Source: an uncultured Oscillospiraceae bacterium
GTDB lineage: Bacteria; Bacillota; Clostridia; Christensenellales; CAG-314
Length of the DNA stretch: 40,575 bases
Direction of reading: 5' to 3'
Assembly: GCA_964521735.1 (NCBI GenBank)
Contig: CAZFTO010000006.1
Location: 21,861 to 62,435 of the forward strand
Below, piece after piece: positions 36,184-40,575 of this stretch. The number at the start of each line of letters is the position of its first letter. Position 1 is the stretch's first letter. The notes below the pieces were generated by a model that saw only the letters and a program-made list of their open reading frames with translations, made no database searches and was not told the origin of the DNA. The position numbers and the translations under genes are program-made.

Positions 36184-37359
36184 TTATTGTTGCAAATTGC
36201 GTTTCAAATCCTCAACGGAAATGCCCCAGCAACGGTGGCGTTTTACCAGTTCTCTATCGAAATTCTTCCACAAGTTTTGTACTTGATGGTTGGTTTCCAA
36301 TTCAGGGCCGGTTTCCATATATTCCACGCCAAGTTTTATGCAACCACGCAAACATTCGTCCAAAATTATTGCCGGCGCACCCAAATTTTTGTGTTCGGGT
36401 ACTACGCCGATGGACATCATTTCCGCAACTTTGGGGTTTTTTATGGTTTTTATGTATTCGCACAAACCAAAGGGAATAACGTGGCCACGACCTTTTTGCA
36501 TAACTTTTATCATTGAGGGCATACTAAAACCGTAGCACACCACTTTTCCGTCCTTCGCCACAACACAGGCCAATTCCGGAATGATCATGGGCAAAAGCGT
36601 GTTCATTTCGCGTGCTTTTTGTTTTTCGTTTAGCGGACTGGTTCCGTACAAATCTTCAAAAGCAACGTCAAGCACGTCCATTGCTTGCATGATAATTTCT
36701 TTAAGACGTTTTTTTCCGCGTTCTTTAAGCAACGGGTGCAAATCCACCACTTCGTAGCCGTTGCGATCGGCCACGTGTTTTGCAATGCGGGTGAGGCGAG
36801 GATCGTGTTCGGAAGGAACTTTTATGCGATAGCAGTTCCAATCAACAACCTTGTGTGCGCCCAAACATTCCATGTGAGTGACGTAGTAGGGGTGGTTATA
36901 AATTTCTATGTAGGTGCTGTCTTTATCGAAACCTTCGATAAGCATGCCTTCTTCGTTCAAGTCGGAAAAGCTCATTGGCCCGATAATTTCGTCCATGCCA
37001 ATTTCTTCGGCCCACTCCACCAATTTTGCAAACAGCGCTTTGGTAACTTCAAAATCGTCTACCACGTCGAAACGAGTGAAACGAAGTTGTTTGACGTTGT
37101 TTTTTTGGTTGACGCCTTTGTGCCAAATACCGGCAATACGTCCAACAATTTTGCGACCGCGATACGCCAAAAACATTTTGCATTCCGCAAAACGGAAAGC
37201 ATCGTTAATTTTGGGATCAAATTCCGGAAATTCGTCAAAATAGAAGTTGGGGGAAGCGTGAGGATTTCCCTTGTACAAATCTATAAGAAACTTAAAAAAT
37301 TTCTTTTTTTGACACCTGGAAGATATTTGTTTTACAACTATCGGTTTTGGGTTAGTCAT
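36184..37359 (-). CDS. YghO-like tandem-GNAT N-acyltransferase (bacterial ceramide-synthase-like family)
   Basis: LYKGNP, FLAYRGRKIVGRIAGI, IIGPMSFSDLNEEGMLIEGFD, YNHPYY, IGVVPEHKNLG, ETGPELETN. Confidence 0.75.
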   Translation of the reverse strand: MTNPKPIVVKQISSRCQKKKFFKFLIDLYKGNPHASPNFYFDEFPEFDPKINDAFRFAECKMFLAYRGRKIVGRIAGIWHKGVNQKNNVKQLRFTRFDVVDDFEVTKALFAKLVEWAEEIGMDEIIGPMSFSDLNEEGMLIEGFDKDSTYIEIYNHPYYVTHMECLGAHKVVDWNCYRIKVPSEHDPRLTRIAKHVADRNGYEVVDLHPLLKERGKKRLKEIIMQAMDVLDVAFEDLYGTSPLNEKQKAREMNTLLPMIIPELACVVAKDGKVVCYGFSMPSMIKVMQKGRGHVIPFGLCEYIKTIKNPKVAEMMSIGVVPEHKNLGAPAIILDECLRGCIKLGVEYMETGPELETNHQVQNLWKNFDRELVKRHRCWGISVEDLKRNLQQ

Positions 37360-38239
37360 CTGTTTTCTCCAATTCTATGGGGCGTTTATCTGCCACGAAA
37401 ATTACACCAACGGTGCCGGGACCACAATGCGCACCTATAACGGGACCGATGGTTTGGCGCACGATTTTTGCTTCCGGACGGCCTTCGGTTATAAGGCTTG
37501 CAAGATAATCCCCTTCTTTGGGGCTATCGGCATCCAAAACGTACACGGTAAATTCCGTGCCGGTAAGCTGCTCGATGACGTTGGCCGCAATTGTGCGAAT
37601 GGCAGATTTTTTGCCTTGAATCTTTTTGCAAACGGCAAGACTGCCTTTTGAATCCAAAGTTAAAACGGGTTTTAGTTGCAACATGGTGCCGGCAAAGGCC
37701 GCCACGCCAGAAAGTCTTCCGCCGCGTTTTAGGTGCATCAAATCGTCCACAACAAAATAGACGGCAACACGATTGGTAAATTTTTTGAGTTCGTCAATAA
37801 TTTGCACATCCGTTGCGCCCTTGTTTTTAAGTTCTGCGGCATATTCCATTTGAATGCCTGCGCCCAAGCTTATGGATTTTGTATCAAAAACAGTGCACTT
37901 GCGTTTGGGGTATTTTTCCTTCAATCTTTTAAGGGCAGTTTCTAAGTGGTTGAAAGTGCCGCTCATTGCGTGCGAAAAGCTGACGTACAAAACGTCTTCG
38001 CCTTTTGCAAAGTATGGTTCCAATATTTCGACGTATTCGTCGGGGTTTAGCGCCATGGTTTTGGGGATAACGCCACTTCGCACCACGTCGTAGAATTTTC
38101 TGAAATCTGTGTTTTTGCCGAGATCGTAGTAGAATTCCTCATCGTTGTAGGAATAGGGCATCTTTATGTAATCGAGGCCTAGTTCTTCTTGACGGGTATA
38201 CCACAATTCGCCGTCGGCATCACAAATAAGTACGCTCAT
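37352..38239 (-). CDS. DegV family fatty-acid-binding protein
   Basis: PKTMA, SHAMSGT, DTKSISLG, HLKRGGRL, LKPVL, IGPVIGAHCGPG; AAGGAG SD before ATG 38239. Confidence 0.92.
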   Translation of the reverse strand: MSVLICDADGELWYTRQEELGLDYIKMPYSYNDEEFYYDLGKNTDFRKFYDVVRSGVIPKTMALNPDEYVEILEPYFAKGEDVLYVSFSHAMSGTFNHLETALKRLKEKYPKRKCTVFDTKSISLGAGIQMEYAAELKNKGATDVQIIDELKKFTNRVAVYFVVDDLMHLKRGGRLSGVAAFAGTMLQLKPVLTLDSKGSLAVCKKIQGKKSAIRTIAANVIEQLTGTEFTVYVLDADSPKEGDYLASLITEGRPEAKIVRQTIGPVIGAHCGPGTVGVIFVADKRPIELEKTDD

Positions 38240-38270
38240 AGATAGATCTCCTTTCTTAAGTCTTTTTTCT

Positions 38271-38299
38271 ATTTTACCACACATTTTGGTGTTTTTCAA
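38271..38299 (-). promoter_or_regulatory. Promoter of the degV operon
   Basis: minus-strand TTGAAA, 17 bp, TAAAAT with TGn extension. Confidence 0.65.
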
Positions 38300-38521
38300 T
38301 ATTTTATTTCAAAAACATTTAACAATTGTTTATCTTTTGTACAGTTTTGAGATTATTTTGCAAAAAAAATGTGTGTTATTGAGTGCAACGCCGTTAATTT
38401 TGACAAAAAAATTGCAAAAAAAATAATCCGTTTGTTGGTGTATTTTTTTTGCAAAAGCCAAAAATAGTTGCTTTTGTTGCAATATTTTGCACAAATTGTT
38501 GCGGTTTTGTTACATTATGTA

Positions 38522-38550
38522 TTGCAATTTGTTGCGAAATATTGTATAAT
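38522..38550 (+). promoter_or_regulatory. sigma-A promoter in the degV-dnaN intergenic region
   Basis: TTGCAA (38522-38527), 17 bp, TATAAT (38545-38550). Confidence 0.7.
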
Positions 38551-38555
38551 ATATA

Positions 38556-38652
38556 GGTGGAAATTGGCGAAGAAAAACAGTCCCAAAAGTCCTCGAACGG
38601 CATGATTTTTGTTCTTTGGGCAGGCAACCTTCCCAGGTGCCCCCTTAGCCAC
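38556..38652 (+). ncRNA. Candidate structured RNA or leader (three-way junction), family unknown
   Basis: GC-rich patch right after the promoter; hand-folded stems 38565-72/38644-51, 38582-87/38615-20 and 38623-41. Confidence 0.35.
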
Positions 38653-39091
38653 AATACAATTTTGCTACGTTTCTAGTTTGATGACTACAAAAAGGGCGTG
38701 TGTTTTGCTGCAAAATGCTTTTTTGAAAGATATTCACAACAATTTGCCACAACAAAAAAAAACGACAAAATTGCTTTTAGTACAAGTTTTTGTCTTGTCC
38801 GCGCTCTCGAAAGAAGGCATCTTTATTCTTGTTGCACCACTGCAAAACAAGCAATCCACAAAACTTCCACTTGTGTTGTGGAATTTTTGCCGAAGTTATC
38901 CACACAAGTTATTTTTGACATAACACAACAACTTGTGGTGTTTAGAGCGGTTAAACACAAAATGTTGTTTTTGATATGTACAATTTGGCAATCTAGCCAC
39001 AAACCCACAACACCTAATACCACTGCTACCTGTAGAATAGTTACTAAATGTCAATGACGGCGACGGCCGAAACCAACAAAGGAGAATACCT

Positions 39092-40201
39092 ATGAAAATT
39101 ATCGTGAACAGTTTGGATCTTAACGATGCCATTTCGAAAGTTTGCAAAGCATTGCCCGTTAGGGACGTTGCACCTGTTTTGGAATGCATAAAAATAACAG
39201 CGGAAAACGACAAACTAACACTGTTTGCCACCGACAAAGATTTGGCCATTGAAAAGACTGTTGATGCCAACGTCGTTGTTGGCGGCGCAACGCTTGTTCC
39301 TGGCAAAGTTTTTGGCGACTATATTCGCAACGTTGCCGATAGTGACAACGAAATTTCATTGGAAACTTCCGACGACGGCAGATTGGTTATTTCCACTTCC
39401 GGCAGCGAATGTACCATAACCACTTTGGATGTGGACGATTATCCCGAAAACGAACAAATTGACGACGCAAAATATTTTGCTATTCAGGAAATTAACCTTA
39501 AAGAAATTATAAACAACGTAATCTTTTCCGTAGCAACGGACGACAGTCGCCCGATGCTTAAAGGTGTTTACTTTGAAGCAAAAGACTATGCCGTTACTGC
39601 GGTTGCAACGGACGGATATCGTTTTGCAATGAGCAAAAAAGCGTTGGAAGAAAAAACCGACTTTATCAACGCAACGGTTCCTGCAAGAAGCCTTGCCGAA
39701 CTTTCTAAACTGTTGGGCGATTCCGAAAACGTTTTGAAAGTTTACATTGAAAAGAACTATCTGTTGGTGGCACTGGAAAACACAAAATTGCTTACTCGTT
39801 TGCTTGTTTCCGGACAATACATTCGCTACGACAACATTATCCCCAAAGAATTTGTTTCCACTTTGCTAGTGAACAAAGATGCGTTCGAAAAATCTCTTAA
39901 CACGGCATCTATCATGTCGCGCGGGGACAAAAACAACCTTGTTGTGTTGGATATTGAAGAATACAACATGAACATCACTTCCACCAACCAATACGGCACG
40001 GCAAGAGAAAACGTGACGATTTCCCTTTCTGGCAAGGACGTGCGCTGCGCCTACAACGCCAAGTATATTAACGATTGTTTGAAAGTTATAAACGCCGAAA
40101 GCATAAAAATGGAATTTGCGCAACACAGCAGCTGCGTTATCACCATCAACAACAGCGACGAAGTGCTCTACTTCATTTTGCCGGTAAGACAAATTTCCTA
40201 A
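39092..40201 (+). CDS. dnaN: DNA polymerase III beta sliding clamp
   Basis: PVLECI, ATDKD, DDYP, DDSRPMLKGV, VATDGYRFA, YNAKYIND, C-terminal ILPVR; 369 aa. Confidence 0.95.
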   Translation: MKIIVNSLDLNDAISKVCKALPVRDVAPVLECIKITAENDKLTLFATDKDLAIEKTVDANVVVGGATLVPGKVFGDYIRNVADSDNEISLETSDDGRLVISTSGSECTITTLDVDDYPENEQIDDAKYFAIQEINLKEIINNVIFSVATDDSRPMLKGVYFEAKDYAVTAVATDGYRFAMSKKALEEKTDFINATVPARSLAELSKLLGDSENVLKVYIEKNYLLVALENTKLLTRLLVSGQYIRYDNIIPKEFVSTLLVNKDAFEKSLNTASIMSRGDKNNLVVLDIEEYNMNITSTNQYGTARENVTISLSGKDVRCAYNAKYINDCLKVINAESIKMEFAQHSSCVITINNSDEVLYFILPVRQIS

Positions 40202-40224
40202 TTTATAAAAAATAGTAAAAAAAC

Positions 40225-40262
40225 AAAAATTCCGCAAACAAAATTGCGGAATTTTTCTTTTG
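40225..40262 (+). terminator. Rho-independent terminator after dnaN
   Basis: aaaaattccgcaa/ttgcggaattttt stem plus T tract. Confidence 0.75.
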
Positions 40263-40575
40263 TTGGCAAAATTTTATAAAAACAAGTAAAATAAATTTAT
40301 CAAACGACATTCGTGCTCGTTTTGCCTTCATCTTGGCTAAAAAAACGTTCGTCTGGGTGACGTTTGAAAAGAAATATTGATTTCGGCATTTGATACTGTT
40401 AAGAAGTGTAGATTTTGCAAAGTGAAACAATGATATCCATGACGATCAAATCGACCTAGTTGAGGTTGCTGCTTTCACGGAGTTGTGTAGCACGGTTTTG
40501 GATGCAATAAAATAAAAACTGCAAGTCGGGCAAAATAACCCAAAAGAAAACGTGAATAAATTGTATTTTCTGCGC

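Larger units (their letters stand above)
38480..39010. other. DnaA-box cluster, candidate oriC
   Basis: perfect TTATCCACA at 38896-38904, TTTTGCACA at 38485-38493, near matches at 38730, 38743, 38852, 38877 (reverse) and 38951; AT-rich non-coding DNA directly upstream of dnaN. Confidence 0.55.

Noticed and set aside
38556-38652. Canonical glycine or SAM-I riboswitch, 6S RNA or SRP RNA
   Set aside because: Only partial motif matches; the conserved cores are absent, so it is kept only as an unclassified candidate

Overview
Chromosomal window from a Gram-positive anaerobe (Bacillota/Clostridia-like, judged from lipoprotein signals, sigma-A promoters and gene content; probably a gut or rumen MAG contig). 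From left to right: a PHP-family phosphatase, a metallophosphoesterase, a DUF1846-type protein and deoD; a ~21 kb minus-strand alpha-glucoside/alpha-glucan utilisation locus (two beta-helix lipoprotein enzymes, a membrane-anchored multi-CBM-like protein, a YesN/YesM-like two-component system plus a kinase-less sensor, a sugar ABC transporter, two GH65 phosphorylases, beta-phosphoglucomutase); an Ig/InlB-repeat lipoprotein; a close homologue of the Cutibacterium acnes PAI linoleate isomerase divergent from a flavin-reductase-like gene; an AT-rich McrBC pair; a DegV plus YghO/ceramide-synthase-like GNAT operon; and dnaN behind a DnaA-box-containing region with no dnaA. Non-coding highlights: a motif shared at identical spacing by three glycan-locus promoters, a 67-bp tandem array between regulator and kinase, an exact in-frame 333-bp duplication in the response regulator, and a promoter-driven structured RNA candidate upstream of dnaN. 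Family assignments come from motif recognition and recalled sequences, not database searches.
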